DNA from: an uncultured Thermoleophilia bacterium
GTDB taxonomy: Bacteria; Actinomycetota; Thermoleophilia; Gaiellales; Gaiellaceae
NCBI GenBank assembly: GCA_963799895.1
Contig: CAWCYR010000019.1
Location: forward strand, 31,608-95,607
Direction of reading: 5' to 3'
Length of the DNA stretch: 64,000 bases
Shown in pieces: positions 46,496 to 55,994 of this stretch. Made by a program: the position numbers and the translations under genes. Numbering within the stretch: position 1 is the stretch's first letter; every line of letters begins with the position of its first letter. The notes beneath the pieces are model-generated. The model made no database searches and was not told the origin of the DNA. It worked only from the letters and a program-made list of their open reading frames with translations.

Positions 46496-46518
46496 CTGGC
46501 GCGAGCCTACCGGCAGAG

Positions 46519-47754
46519 ATGGGGTACGTTCGCCCGGTGACGGCCGTCCGCTTCCTCGGGCCCGACACCGACGCCTACGTCGCCAGCGTCGAGCGCCACG
46601 CCGGTGAGTTCGAGGAGCAGACCGGCCTCGAGCTCGACATCCGCATCATCGGAAGCGACGAGTACTTCTCGAACCGGATCCACCACCTGCTCGACGGGGA
46701 GGACGCCGCCGACGTCTACATGTCGGGACCGGTGCTCGTCTGGGAGCACGTCGCCGCCGGCTACGTCGAGCCGCTCGACCGCTTCGTGAACCAGTACGAC
46801 GCCGGTGACTTCGTCGACCGGCTGCTCGCCTGCAACCGCTGGAGCGGCAGCTTCGGCGACCCGCTCGGCGAGGGCCCGCTGCTCGAGATCCCCGTCAACT
46901 GCGAGTCGTACAACCTCGCCTACGTGCCGGCCGTCCTCGAGGAGGCCGGCCTCGCCGTCCCGTCCACCTGGGCCGAGTACTTCGCCGCGGCCCGGGCGGT
47001 CGCGCGCCGGCCCGGGGGCGTGCGCGGCTTCGGTCAGCGCGGCACCGACGCCTGGCACACGATGTACACGGGCTACGCGACCCAGCTCTGGTCGTACGGC
47101 GGCACGGACTTCGCGGACGGCCGCTGCGCGATCGCCGATCCTCCGGCACTGCTCGCTACGACGGAGTTCCTCGACGCGCTGCGCGAGGCAGGCCCGGTCG
47201 ACTGGCTCGACCAGCGCTGGTACGAGCTCGCGCTCGACTTCGCGCGCGGCCGCTACGCGCTGATCGTCGACTCGGACCACTACGTGGCCTACTTCGAGGA
47301 GCCGGCGACGTCCGAGCTCGTCGGCCGGATCGGCTATGCGCCGCCGCCGGCCGGCCCGACCGGCCTGCGGCGCCCGAACCTCTGGACGTGGTCCGTGGTG
47401 ATGAACACACGTGCGGCCGACAAGGAGGCGGCGTGGCGGTTCATCGAATGGGCGACCGGTCGCGACTTCCTGCTGCGCTCGGCGTTCGAGGGGAACATGA
47501 ATCCGACCCGGACGAGCACCTGGGAGGACGAGCGCTTCCGCGCGCACACGGCCGGATGGGGGGCGTTCTACGACGTCGCCCGCACGCTCGTCGAGCGCGA
47601 CGCCTTCGTGCTGGTCACGCCGGCGGCCAACTACCTCGAGATCGCGCGCCGCTGGGTGCAGGCGCTCCTCGATGCCTACGCCGGCCGTGCCGACGTCGCG
47701 GGCGCGCTCGAGGCGGCAGCGGCGGACATCGACCGGCTCGTCGCCGAAAACTAG
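46519..47754 (+). CDS. ABC-transporter substrate-binding-protein-like protein (family 1), no signal peptide seen
   Basis: 411-aa intact ORF with an SBP_bac_1-like pattern (...DVYMSGPVLVWEHVAAGYVEPLD...WTWSVVMNTRAADKEAAWRFIEWAT...). No adjacent permease genes. Confidence 0.55.
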   Translation: MGYVRPVTAVRFLGPDTDAYVASVERHAGEFEEQTGLELDIRIIGSDEYFSNRIHHLLDGEDAADVYMSGPVLVWEHVAAGYVEPLDRFVNQYDAGDFVDRLLACNRWSGSFGDPLGEGPLLEIPVNCESYNLAYVPAVLEEAGLAVPSTWAEYFAAARAVARRPGGVRGFGQRGTDAWHTMYTGYATQLWSYGGTDFADGRCAIADPPALLATTEFLDALREAGPVDWLDQRWYELALDFARGRYALIVDSDHYVAYFEEPATSELVGRIGYAPPPAGPTGLRRPNLWTWSVVMNTRAADKEAAWRFIEWATGRDFLLRSAFEGNMNPTRTSTWEDERFRAHTAGWGAFYDVARTLVERDAFVLVTPAANYLEIARRWVQALLDAYAGRADVAGALEAAAADIDRLVAEN

Positions 47755-48296
47755 GCCGCGGCGGCGAGCACGCCCCGGAGCGGCCGCGGCACGCTCTCGG
47801 GCGCGAGCGCCTCGACCAGCAGTCGCGCGTAGACGATCTTGCGGCTGCCGCCGCTGCCAAGCCAGCGCCGCAGCTGCTCCTCGACCGGCCGGCCGCGCCA
47901 CTCGGGCTGCTTCTGAAGCGTCCGGAACGGGCCGAGCCCGCCGTTGGCGGCGACGACCTCCAGCACGGCCTCGGCGCCGAGCGCGCGGATCAGCTCCTCC
48001 TCGAGATCGGCCTCGCAGACGAAGAACCCGAGCGCCTCCAGCCCGGCCCGGTCGAGGTTCTCGCCGAGCCCTGCCCGTTCGAGGGCACGGCGGAAGTCGG
48101 CCTCCTCGCCGGCGTCGCACAGGCCTGCCAGCCGGGCGCCGGCGAAGCGGGCGAGCGCGCGGCTGATCGCCTGCGCGCCGCCGATCGGGACGACCTCCGT
48201 CCCCTCCACGGCCAGGTCGCGGCCGAGGCGCTGGGCGAGCGCCTCCAGCGCGGCGCGGTCGCTCGCGCCTTCGACGAGGATCACGTTCTTCCCCAT
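47751..48296 (-). CDS. Stand-alone TOPRIM / OLD-family-like nuclease-domain protein
   Basis: ATG 48296. MGKNVILVEGASDRAALEAL...VVPIGGAQ...LAGLCDAGEE...FFVCEADLEEELI matches the TOPRIM Glu / acidic-cluster layout of OLD-type nucleases. No ATPase domain is present. Confidence 0.5.
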   Translation of the reverse strand: MGKNVILVEGASDRAALEALAQRLGRDLAVEGTEVVPIGGAQAISRALARFAGARLAGLCDAGEEADFRRALERAGLGENLDRAGLEALGFFVCEADLEEELIRALGAEAVLEVVAANGGLGPFRTLQKQPEWRGRPVEEQLRRWLGSGGSRKIVYARLLVEALAPESVPRPLRGVLAAAA

Positions 48297-48319
48297 GGGC
48301 CAGAGCGTAGGCTGGCCGC

Positions 48320-48697
48320 GTGGTCGAACAGCTGACCGATCTGCCGTCCGGGATCCTCGGGTTCCGGGCTTCCGGGAAGATCTCGAGCGACGAGTACCGG
48401 CAGATGATCGAGCCGATCTACGCGGCGCTCGAGCGGGGCGAGAAGCTGAACATCTACTTCGAACTGGGCGACGACTTCTCCGGCCTCGACCTCGGCGCAC
48501 TGTGGCAGGACGTGCGGGCGGCCGGCTCTGTCGGCCTCAAGCACCGGAGCGCGTGGCAGCGGATGGCGCTCGTCACCGACAAGGACTGGGTGCGCCACGG
48601 GGCGAGCGCCTTCGGCTGGCTCGCGCCCGGGGAGCTGCGTCTCTTCTCGCTGGGCGAGCGCGATGCCGCGCGCGCCTGGATCGCCGAACCGGGCTAA
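48320..48697 (+). CDS. STAS/SpoIIAA-like (DUF3478-type) protein
   Basis: 125 aa. GILGFRASGKISSDEYRQMIEPIYAALERGEKLNIYFELGDDFSG...WQRMALVTDKDWVRHG. Confidence 0.6.
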   Translation: MVEQLTDLPSGILGFRASGKISSDEYRQMIEPIYAALERGEKLNIYFELGDDFSGLDLGALWQDVRAAGSVGLKHRSAWQRMALVTDKDWVRHGASAFGWLAPGELRLFSLGERDAARAWIAEPG

Positions 48698-49081
48698 CCG
48701 CCCGCCTGCTCCTGCACGACCATGAGGTTGTTGCCCTCGCTGTCGCGGAAGCCGAAGAGCAGCGGGACGGTGCCGTCGCCGCCCATCAGCTCGTCGTCGA
48801 CGTCGACGCCGTTGCTCTTCAGCGCTGCATGCTCCGCGCGCGCGTCGCGCGAGGACAGCGAGATGCCCGTCGTGTGGCCCGGCTGGAACTCGCCCATCGG
48901 CGGCGAGAGCGCGATTGCGGTGCCGCCGGCTGGCGGCGAGACCTCGACCCAGCGCTCGCCCTCGCCGAACGGGACGTCGGCGGTCACGGCAAAGCCCAGC
49001 TTGTTCGTGTAGAAGGCAATCGCCCCGTCCTGGTCGGACACCGGGATGATCACGCGGCCAATGTTCGGTGATGCCTGACAC
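48694..49081 (-). CDS. VOC/glyoxalase family protein, start region ambiguous (possible frame change just after GTG 49081)
   Basis: Body NIGRVIIPVSDQDGAIAFYTNKLGFAV...LLFGFRDSEGNNLMVVQ. GAAAGGAGA-cgac-GTG at 49081 is out of frame with the body by one nt. The first in-frame GTG is at 49053. Confidence 0.6.
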
Positions 49082-49162
49082 GTCGTCTCCTTTCGTCGCT
49101 TTCGCAGGTGTAGACACTCGTGCGGCGCGCAAATCATCGGCATGCCGACGAAAGGAGCGTCC

Positions 49163-49561
49163 ATGTCCATGCGGGAGATGATCGCGGCTCACCCTAGCCC
49201 GCCGCTCATCGACGCCGATGTGCTCGCGCGCTGCATCGAGGAGTGCTTCACCTGCGAGCCCGTCTGCACCAGCTGCGCCGACGCCAGCCTCAGCGAGGAC
49301 GACATCGGCGAGCTCGTCGCATCCATCCGCGACTGCCTCGATTGCGCGGACGTCTGCGGGGCGACCGGGCGCATCCTGGCCCGCCAGGCATCCGGCGAGA
49401 CGTACCTGCGCGCGACGCTCGAGGTCTGCGTGCAGGCGTGCCGGGTGTGCGCCGAGGAGTGCGAGCGCCACGCCCAGCATCACGAGCATTGCAGGCTCTG
49501 CGCGGAGGAGTGCCGGCGCTGTGAGGACGTCTGCAACGAGGTGCTGCGGCTACTCGGCTGA
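49163..49561 (+). CDS. Cys-rich four-helix-bundle (DUF326-type) putative copper-binding protein
   Basis: AAAGGAG lies 5 nt before ATG 49163. Repeated C-x2-C-x3-C patterns are present (CIEECFTCEPVCTSCA, CLDCADVCG, CVQACRVCAEECERH, HCRLCAEECRRCEDVC). Confidence 0.65.
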   Translation: MSMREMIAAHPSPPLIDADVLARCIEECFTCEPVCTSCADASLSEDDIGELVASIRDCLDCADVCGATGRILARQASGETYLRATLEVCVQACRVCAEECERHAQHHEHCRLCAEECRRCEDVCNEVLRLLG

Positions 49562-50447
49562 CTGGAGCGCGCGCCGCAGGATGACGGCGAACCAGTCGTC
49601 GAACGTGGCCGCTCGTCGTCCGGGCAGATGGTCGCGCTGCCGCGCCCACGCGAACGCATGCGCGAACGCGGTCACGCGAAGCGCGAGGTCGAGCGCCTGC
49701 TCGTGGCCCGGGGCCCCACGGCTCCAGGTACGCGGCGCGGAGCCGTTCGAACCACGGGTCGTCCGGCCCGAGCCCGGTTGCCTCCTCGAGGAAGCGGAAC
49801 GTCACGATCAGCGAGCCGAACGGGTGCGAGACGGACGAGTCGCCCCAGTCGAGGACGCGCAGCACGCCGTCGTGGTCGTAGACGTTCGCCTGGTGCAGGT
49901 CGTCGTGCTGGACGCTCGCGGGCATTCCCGTCGCCGCGAGCTCCGCCGACAGCTCGGCGAAACGCGGCGCGAAGGCGCGGAGCGCCTCCAGCTCGTCCGG
50001 GTCGAGCGGAAGCACACGCGTGAGCAGATCGTCGTAGCGCTCGGGGAACATCTCGACGCGTAGGTCGGGGACGCCGCCGGCGAGGTGGTCGCCGGCGTGC
50101 GCGGCCTCGCCGCGCTGGAGCTCGGCGTAGCGCGGGAGCAGCTCGAGCCACGGCTCGGGCGGGTTGCCGTACACGCCGAGCGGCTTGCCGGCGTCGGCCG
50201 TGAGCAGCCAGGCGCGCTCCTCGTCGTGGCCCAGCACCTCGGCGACGAGGCCGGGCCACCGCGCGGCGAGCCGGGCCGTCATGAGCGGCTCGAACGCCTG
50301 CACCGCGCCGCACGCCTTGAACCACACGACGCCGCCGGCGACCGGGACGCGCAGCACCTGCGACCAGGGGCGGACGTGGGTCAGCTCGATCGGGCCCGTG
50401 GGCTGGACGTGGGAGCGGATCCAGTGCTCGGCAGCGACGCGGTCCAC
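49550..50447 (-). CDS. Aminoglycoside/choline-kinase-like phosphotransferase (APH fold), one frame change near 49710
   Basis: SVQHDDLHQANVY (the HxDxxxxN catalytic loop) and RVLDWGDSSVSHPF (the DxG motif). After ...AYLEPWGPG the protein continues as HEQALDLALRVTAFAHAFAWARQRDHL... in another frame. The shift is at a GGGGCCCCGGG run. Confidence 0.65.
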
Positions 50448-50492
50448 GGCACCACCGTAGTGTCGGCCGCCGGAGAACCTAGGGTCCAGCGG

Positions 50493-52093
50493 ATGCGCAA
50501 GTGGCTGCCCCTCGGGATCCTGGCTGGCGGCGCAGTTCATCATGGTGCTGGATTCGAGCGTGATGAACGTCTCGATCTCGCAGATCGTCGAAGACCTGAA
50601 CACGACGGTCACCGGCGTCCAGAGCGCGATCACGATGTACACGCTCGTGATGGCCGCGTTCATGCTCGTCGGCGCGAAGCTCGGCGACATCCTCGGTCGC
50701 GACCGGGCTTTCGGCCTCGGCCTGGCCGTGTACGGGCTCGGCTCGCTGATCACGTCGCTCAGCCCGAACCTCACGGTGCTGCTGATCGGCTGGTCGGGAA
50801 TCGAAGGGCTCGGCGCGGTGCTGGTGATCCCGGCGATCGCCGCACTGACCGCCGCCAACTACGAGGGCAAGGATCGCGCGTTCGCCTACGGGATGATCGG
50901 CGGCGCCGCCGGCGCGGCGATCGCCGCCGGCCCGCTGATCGGCGGCTACGTGACGACGACCTGGAGCTGGCGGTACGTCTTCGTCGGCGAGGTCGTCGTC
51001 GTGATCGCGGTGCTCATCGTGCACCGGCGCATGAAGCGCGCGCCGAAGCCGGAGCAGCCGCCGAAGCTCGACTACGGTGGCGCCGCGCTCTCGGCGATCG
51101 CGCTCGGGCTGATCGTGTTCGGGATCCTGAAGAGCAGCACGTGGGGCTGGATCAGCCCGATCGACGCGCCGACGATCAACGGCCACGAGATCACGCCGTT
51201 CGGGTTCTCGCTGGTGCCGTTCCTGATCGTCGGCGGCTTCGGCGTCCTCGGCTGCTTCCTGGCGTGGGAGGAGCGCCGCGAACGGCGCGGCCAGAGCACG
51301 CTCCTCAACCGCGCGCTGCTGAAGATCGAGACGCTGCGCGCCGGGCTGTCCTCGCTGGCCGCGCAGCAGCTGATCGTGATGGGCACGTTCTTCGTCCTGC
51401 CGGTGTACCTCCAGGTCGTGCTCGGCTTCGACGCGTTCGAGACGGGCAAGCGGCTCTTCCCGATGTCGATCTCGATGCTGGCCGCTGCGCTCACCGGGCC
51501 GAAGGTGGCAGTGCGGCTCGGTCCGCGGGCCGTCGTGCAGCTCGGCCTTGCCGCAATGGCGATCGCCGCGTTCGTCCTGGTCGGGACGATCGACGTGACC
51601 CTGCACGGGACAGCCTTCGCGGTGTCGCTCGTCTTCTTCGGGATCGGCGCGGGACTGCTCGATGTCGCAGCTCGGGAACGTGATCATGTCCTCGGCCCCG
51701 CCGGAGGAGACGAACGAGGCCGGTGGGCTCCAGGGGACGGCGCAGAACCTCGGCGCGTCCCTCGGGACCGCGCTGATCGGCTCCGTGCTCCTGCTCGGGC
51801 TGCTGAACGGGTTCAACTCGCGCATCCAGACGAACCCGGCCGTGCCCGCCGACGTGAAGACGCAGATCGCGGCCGCAACCGAGAAGGGCATCCCGATCGT
51901 CACGACCGAGCAGGCGCACAAGGTGCTGCTCGACGCGGGGCTGAAGCCGGCCGAGGCTGACGCCGTCACGGAGGACTACGCCACCGCGCAGCTCAATGCG
52001 TTGAAGACGTCGATGCTCGCGGTCGCGTTCCTGGCGGTGATCGCGTTCTGGTTCACGCGGCGCTTGCCCGGGAGGCGGAGCAGCGCCGCCTAG
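50493..52093 (+). CDS. MFS transporter, DHA2 (EmrB/QacA-like) type, frame changes near 50518 and 51657
   Basis: MRKWLPLGI (ATG 50493), then WLAAQFIMVLDSSVMNVSISQIVEDL... (ORF 50542..51960), then MSQLGNVIMSSAPPEETNEAGGLQGTAQNLG... (ORF 51662..52093). Confidence 0.75.
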
Positions 52094-52127
52094 CTCGCCG
52101 GCGACTGATGCCAGGCATTCTGCGCGC

Positions 52128-52712
52128 GTGAAGCGCGACGCCTGGAATCGCCGCTATGCGGGGTCGGAGCTGCTCTGGACCGCCGAGCCGAACCGGTTCC
52201 TGGTCGCCGAGACGTCCGGGTTGCCGCCCGGCCGCGCGCTCGATCTCGCCTGCGGCGAGGGGCGCAATGCGGTCTGGCTCGCGGAGCGCGGCTGGGAGGT
52301 CACGGGAGTCGACTTCGCCGCCGTCGGGCTCGACAAGGCGCGCGGGCTGGCGATCGCCCGCGGGGTCGAGTCGACGTGGGTCGAGGCCGACCTGCTCGAC
52401 TACGCACCGCCGCCCGAAGCGTTCGACCTGGTCGTGATCCTGTATCTCCAGCTCCCGGCCGAGGAGCGCAGTCGCGTGCTGCGCTCGGCCGCCCCGGCCG
52501 TTGCGCCCGGCGGCACGCTGGTCGTCGTCGCGCACGACCGCAGCAACCTGGACCACGGCCACGGCGGTCCCCAGGACCCAGGAGTGCTCGCAACGCCGGA
52601 GGAGGTCGCGGCGGATCTCGACGGCCTCGAGGTCGAGCGCGCCGATGTCGTGGAGCGGCGCGACGGCGACCTGGTCGCGCTCGACCTGCTCGTCCGCGCA
52701 CACCGTCCCTGA
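52128..52712 (+). CDS. Class I SAM-dependent methyltransferase
   Basis: GRALDLACGEGRNAVWLAERGWEVTGVDFA (motif I). 194 aa, intact. Confidence 0.8.
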   Translation: MKRDAWNRRYAGSELLWTAEPNRFLVAETSGLPPGRALDLACGEGRNAVWLAERGWEVTGVDFAAVGLDKARGLAIARGVESTWVEADLLDYAPPPEAFDLVVILYLQLPAEERSRVLRSAAPAVAPGGTLVVVAHDRSNLDHGHGGPQDPGVLATPEEVAADLDGLEVERADVVERRDGDLVALDLLVRAHRP

Positions 52713-53365
52713 TGGCCGCCATCGGCCGCTGGGTCCGGACCGCGCCGGGCACCTACATCTATCTCGCCGTCCTCCTGGCCACGGCCTGGGTGCTCGACTC
52801 GGCCGGGAGCAGGCGCGCGCACCGGCTCGTGCTCGAGCGCAGCACGAACCTTCACGAGCTCGCCGTCCACCCGGTTCGGGTGCTCTTCGAGAGCGCGTTC
52901 TGGGTGGCCGCGCCGTGGAACGCGCTCGCCTGGGGCGTGCTCTTCACGCTCGTGCTCGCCCCCGCGGAGCACTGGCTCGGGACGCTCCGCTGGACGGCCG
53001 TGCTCGCCGCCGGCCACGTCGGCGCGACCGTCATCACCGCGGCCGGTCTCTGGCTCGCCGTCCGGGCCGACGCCGTCGACCACTCCGTGACGCACGCGGT
53101 GGACGTCGGCGCCAGCTACGGGTTCCTCGCCGTCGCCGGCGTGCTCGTCTACCGGCTCCCGCGCCGGTGGCGCGTTCCGGTCGTTGCGGGCGTCGCCGCC
53201 GGACTGGTCCTCTACTTCGCAGTCGACCGCAGCTACGCCGACGCGGGGCACCTCATCGCGTTCGCGATCGGGCTCGCGTGCTACCCGCTGGTGCCCTCTT
53301 CGCCCTGGGTGGCGGGTAGTCCCAGGCCCGTGGCCGTTCGAGTGTCTCCCACTCGGGTCGTGTGA
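52712..53365 (+). CDS. Integral membrane protein of unknown function
   Basis: ATG 52712 overlaps the methyltransferase stop (TGATG). About 5-6 hydrophobic segments. The 3' end overlaps the convergent GNAT gene by ~110 nt, so one of the two tails may be wrong. Confidence 0.5.
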   Translation: MAAIGRWVRTAPGTYIYLAVLLATAWVLDSAGSRRAHRLVLERSTNLHELAVHPVRVLFESAFWVAAPWNALAWGVLFTLVLAPAEHWLGTLRWTAVLAAGHVGATVITAAGLWLAVRADAVDHSVTHAVDVGASYGFLAVAGVLVYRLPRRWRVPVVAGVAAGLVLYFAVDRSYADAGHLIAFAIGLACYPLVPSSPWVAGSPRPVAVRVSPTRVV

Positions 53366-53891
53366 TCGACATGACCAGGGCGTCCGCGATCCGCCCACGG
53401 TGCCGGCGGAACGCGCGCATGACGCCCTCGCGCGTGAAGCCGCACTTCTCGTATGAGCCGATCGCCCGCTCGTTCTCCGGGTCGACGACCAGCCCGATGC
53501 GCTCGAACATCAGCTCGCCGAAGCCGAAGTCGACGAGCGCGTTCATGGCGTCGGTGCCGAAGCCGCGGCCGACGTAGCCGGGCAGCATGAAGATGCCGAC
53601 GTCTGCGCGCATTCCGGCTCGGAGGTCGTGGAAGCCGCACTCGCCGATCACCTCGGCGGAGCCGAGCTCGCAGATCGCGAAGAAGTAGGCGGTCTCGCCG
53701 TGCTTCTTCACGATCTCCTCCTCGAAGAAGCGGTCCGCGCCGACCTTGCCCACCGGCATGGGGAAGCCGGTGAAGTGCGCGATCTCGCGGTCGTTGACCG
53801 CGGGCACCGTCCGGTCGAGGTCTTCGCGCTCGAGCGGGCGCAGGTAGACGCGCTTGCCGCGGATGACCGGATTCGGATGCACGGTCGCCAC
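53253..53891 (-). CDS. GNAT family N-acetyltransferase (RimJ/RimL-like)
   Basis: VYLRPLEREDLD...IGECGFHDL...GYVGRGFGTDAMNALVDFGF...RIGLVVDPENERAIGSYEKCGFTREG. Confidence 0.8.
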   Translation of the reverse strand: MATVHPNPVIRGKRVYLRPLEREDLDRTVPAVNDREIAHFTGFPMPVGKVGADRFFEEEIVKKHGETAYFFAICELGSAEVIGECGFHDLRAGMRADVGIFMLPGYVGRGFGTDAMNALVDFGFGELMFERIGLVVDPENERAIGSYEKCGFTREGVMRAFRRHRGRIADALVMSITRPEWETLERPRAWDYPPPRAKRAPAGSTRARSRTR

Positions 53892-53924
53892 GCGGCGATT
53901 CTACGGCCCTCTCTCAGAAGAGAC

Positions 53925-53950
53925 GAAAGGCCCGCAATAGCGGGCCTTTC
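53925..53950 (-). terminator. Perfect 11-bp hairpin, candidate intrinsic terminator for the 53999..54187 unit
   Basis: GAAAGGCCCGC-AATA-GCGGGCCTTTC. On the minus strand it is followed by the U-rich GUCUCUUCU. Confidence 0.6.
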
Positions 53951-53998
53951 CGTCGGAGGATTGGGCCATTCGAGTGTTGCACGGCGGGGACTTGATGC

Positions 53999-54187
53999 CT
54001 AGTCCCCAGCGATGGGTGAATCGGCGCTTAGGCCGGATCGATGCGGTACAGCGTGCATCGCCGGGCCGTTGAAGCGGTGCCGCAGGTGCAGACCCGGGTG
54101 GCGAACAACCGGGCCTGCAGCGGCCGTTGCCGTGGAAGCGAGTGCTACGCCGAGACAGGCGAGCAGGGAGGTTCGCAGGCGCGGCAA
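53999..54187 (-). CDS. Possible small secreted His-rich peptide (62 codons, TTG start), or a non-coding transcript
   Basis: MPRLRTSLLACLGVALASTATAAAGPVVRHPGLHLRHRFNGPAMHAVPHRSGLSADSPIAGD. It is flanked by a promoter-like element and a hairpin. By my count 19 of 62 codons end in A/T, far more than in neighbouring genes, so coding status is uncertain. Confidence 0.3.
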   Translation of the reverse strand: MPRLRTSLLACLGVALASTATAAAGPVVRHPGLHLRHRFNGPAMHAVPHRSGLSADSPIAGD

Positions 54188-54202
54188 CAGCGCGACTCAA
54201 CC

Positions 54203-54232
54203 ATTAAAACGTGAAGTTTCCGTAAAGGTCAA
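54203..54232 (-). promoter_or_regulatory. Sigma-70/SigA-like promoter TTGACC-18 nt-TTTAAT reading toward 54187
   Basis: The minus strand from 54232 to 54203 reads TTGACC TTTACGGAAACTTCACGT TTTAAT, in an unusually AT-rich spot. The TTG start codon lies 15 nt downstream of the -10 element. Confidence 0.5.
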
Positions 54233-55202
54233 CGTAAGACGAACCCGGTGCCCAGCCCGTCGCGGGGATCGAGCACGAACCGGTGCTCGCCGGTGCGGTA
54301 TGCAGTCCCCTCGACTTCGGTCAGCAGGCCGTCCGGCGTCTCGCCCAGGATGCGCCCGAGGAACGTCGTGCCGACGATCGACTCGTGGCTCAGCTCGTCG
54401 CCGGGCCCGATGATGCCCTCTGCGGCCAGCAGCGCGAGTCGCGCCGAGGTCCCGGACCCGCACGGCGAGCGGTCGATCTCGCCGTCCGCGAACACGGTGA
54501 CGTTGCGCTGGTGGAGCGGGCCGAGCTCGTCGTGGAAGATGACGCCGTAGATGCCGGAGAGGCGCGGGTCGGCCACGTGCTCGTGCAACGGGGGTGCCGG
54601 TCAGGGCGTGCTTGATCTCGCGTCCGGCGGCGATGATCTCCGGCAGCCGCTCGGGCGCGACGGTGAGCCCGACGCGCGCGGCGGGAAGCGACGCGTAGAG
54701 CGCGCCGCCGTAGGCGACGTCGACGTTCGTGCCTGCCGCGGGGACGTCGCGAGCGACGACGGTGGCGGGCACGTTGCGGAACACGACCGCCTCGACGGCC
54801 CGCCGCGCATGCGCACGGCGGCGACGACCCGACCGGACGGGACGTCGATCGTGACGTCGACGGTGCCGTCGGCTGGTGCGGCGACCCGTCCGGCCTCGAC
54901 CGCCCACGCACCGAGGGCGATCGTCCCGTGCCCGCAGGCAGTCGAGTAGCCGTCCTTGTGCCAGAAGAGGACGCCGAGGTCGGCGCCCTCGTCGTCGGGT
55001 GGTACGAGGAAGCAGCCGTACATGTCGGCATGGCCGCGGGGCTCGTGGCACAAGCAGCCGGCGGACGGCGTCGACGTCGGGCCGCGCGGCGGCCTGCTCG
55101 CGGCGCTCGGCGACGGTCGCTGCCGCCGATGGGCGGGACGCCGGCGGTGACGATCCGGAAGGGCTCGCCGGCGGTGTGGTAGTCGGTGGCCTCGACCTCC
55201 AC
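54229..55202 (-). pseudogene. Proline racemase / 4-hydroxyproline epimerase family gene with about four frame changes
   Basis: The pieces, in order: MEVEATDYHTAGEPFRIVTAGVPPIGG; ATVAERREQAAARPDVDAVRRLL; CHEPRGHADMYGCFLVPPDD...GYSTACGHGTIALG...; AVEAVVFRNVPATVV...REIKHALTG; LHEHVADPRLSGIYGVIFHD...IDRSPCGSGTSARLALL...GFVLR. Both catalytic Cys motifs are present. Frames change near 55125, 55058, 54800 and 54595. Confidence 0.7.
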
Positions 55203-55220
55203 GGCTAGCTCACGGGCCGC

Positions 55221-55666
55221 TCAGTCGTGCAGCTCGAGGATCGTGGCCTTCCAGCCCCTCGGGGCGCGGCGACCTCGACCGTGTCGCCGACGCGCTTGCC
55301 GATCACGGCGGCGCCGAGCGGCGAGGTGGGGGAGGCGGTGCCGGCGCCGCCGAGCGGCGAGAGCTCGATCTCGATGCGGTCGCCGCTCTCGTTCTCCACG
55401 ACGATCGTGTGGCCGACGTGCACGACCTCGGAGCCGGTGCCGTCGACGACGCTGGCGTTCTCGAGGCGAGCGCGCAGGATCGTGATCCGCCGCTCGAGCA
55501 GCCCCTGCTCGTTCTTCGCCGAGTGGTACTCGAAGTTCTCGGAGAGGTCGCCGTAGCCGCGCGCGACGGCGATCGCCTCGACGATCTCGGCGCGCTTCGG
55601 GCCCTCCAGCTCGGCCAGGTCGGCGGCGAGCTTGTCGTACTGGGCGCGGGTCATCTCCTCGCTCAT
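55221..55666 (-). CDS. greA: Transcription elongation factor GreA, one frame change ~35 nt before the stop
   Basis: MSEEMTRAQYDKLAADLAELEGPKRAEIVEAIAVARGYGDLSENFEYHSAKNEQGLLERRI... After ...DTVEVAAPRG the conserved ending WKATILELHD* is in another frame and stops at 55223-55221. The shift lies at a CCCC/GGGG run. Confidence 0.85.
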
Positions 55667-55680
55667 GCGGTGAGGGTAGC

Positions 55681-55881
55681 GTGGAGCCCGTGCGCAAGCC
55701 GACCCGGGACGGGGCGAAGAAGCGCGCGGAGCGCGAGCGCGAGACCGGCCTCGACCCGGACGACGAGGCGGCGAAGTGGCTGGAGGAGCACGACCCGAAG
55801 CCGCCCCCGCCCGAGTCGAAATCCCGCTTCAAGTCCAAAGAGCTTCATCGCTGGCGCCAGCGTCAGCAACAGAACTCTTAA
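55681..55881 (+). CDS. Small basic hypothetical protein (66 aa)
   Basis: GTG start preceded by GGTGAGGG. MEPVRKPTRDGAKKRAERERETGLDPDDEAAKWLEEHDPKPPPPESK... Divergent from greA. No family recognised. Confidence 0.4.
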   Translation: MEPVRKPTRDGAKKRAERERETGLDPDDEAAKWLEEHDPKPPPPESKSRFKSKELHRWRQRQQQNS

Positions 55882-55994
55882 ATCGGTCTTACCCACGCGT
55901 GGTTTGCTCCGTCTAGCTCACGCGGCTCTCACAGGAGCACGGCCAGCATCGTGCTCGTCATGCCCGTCGCGCATGGCGGACGACCTGCCCGTCG

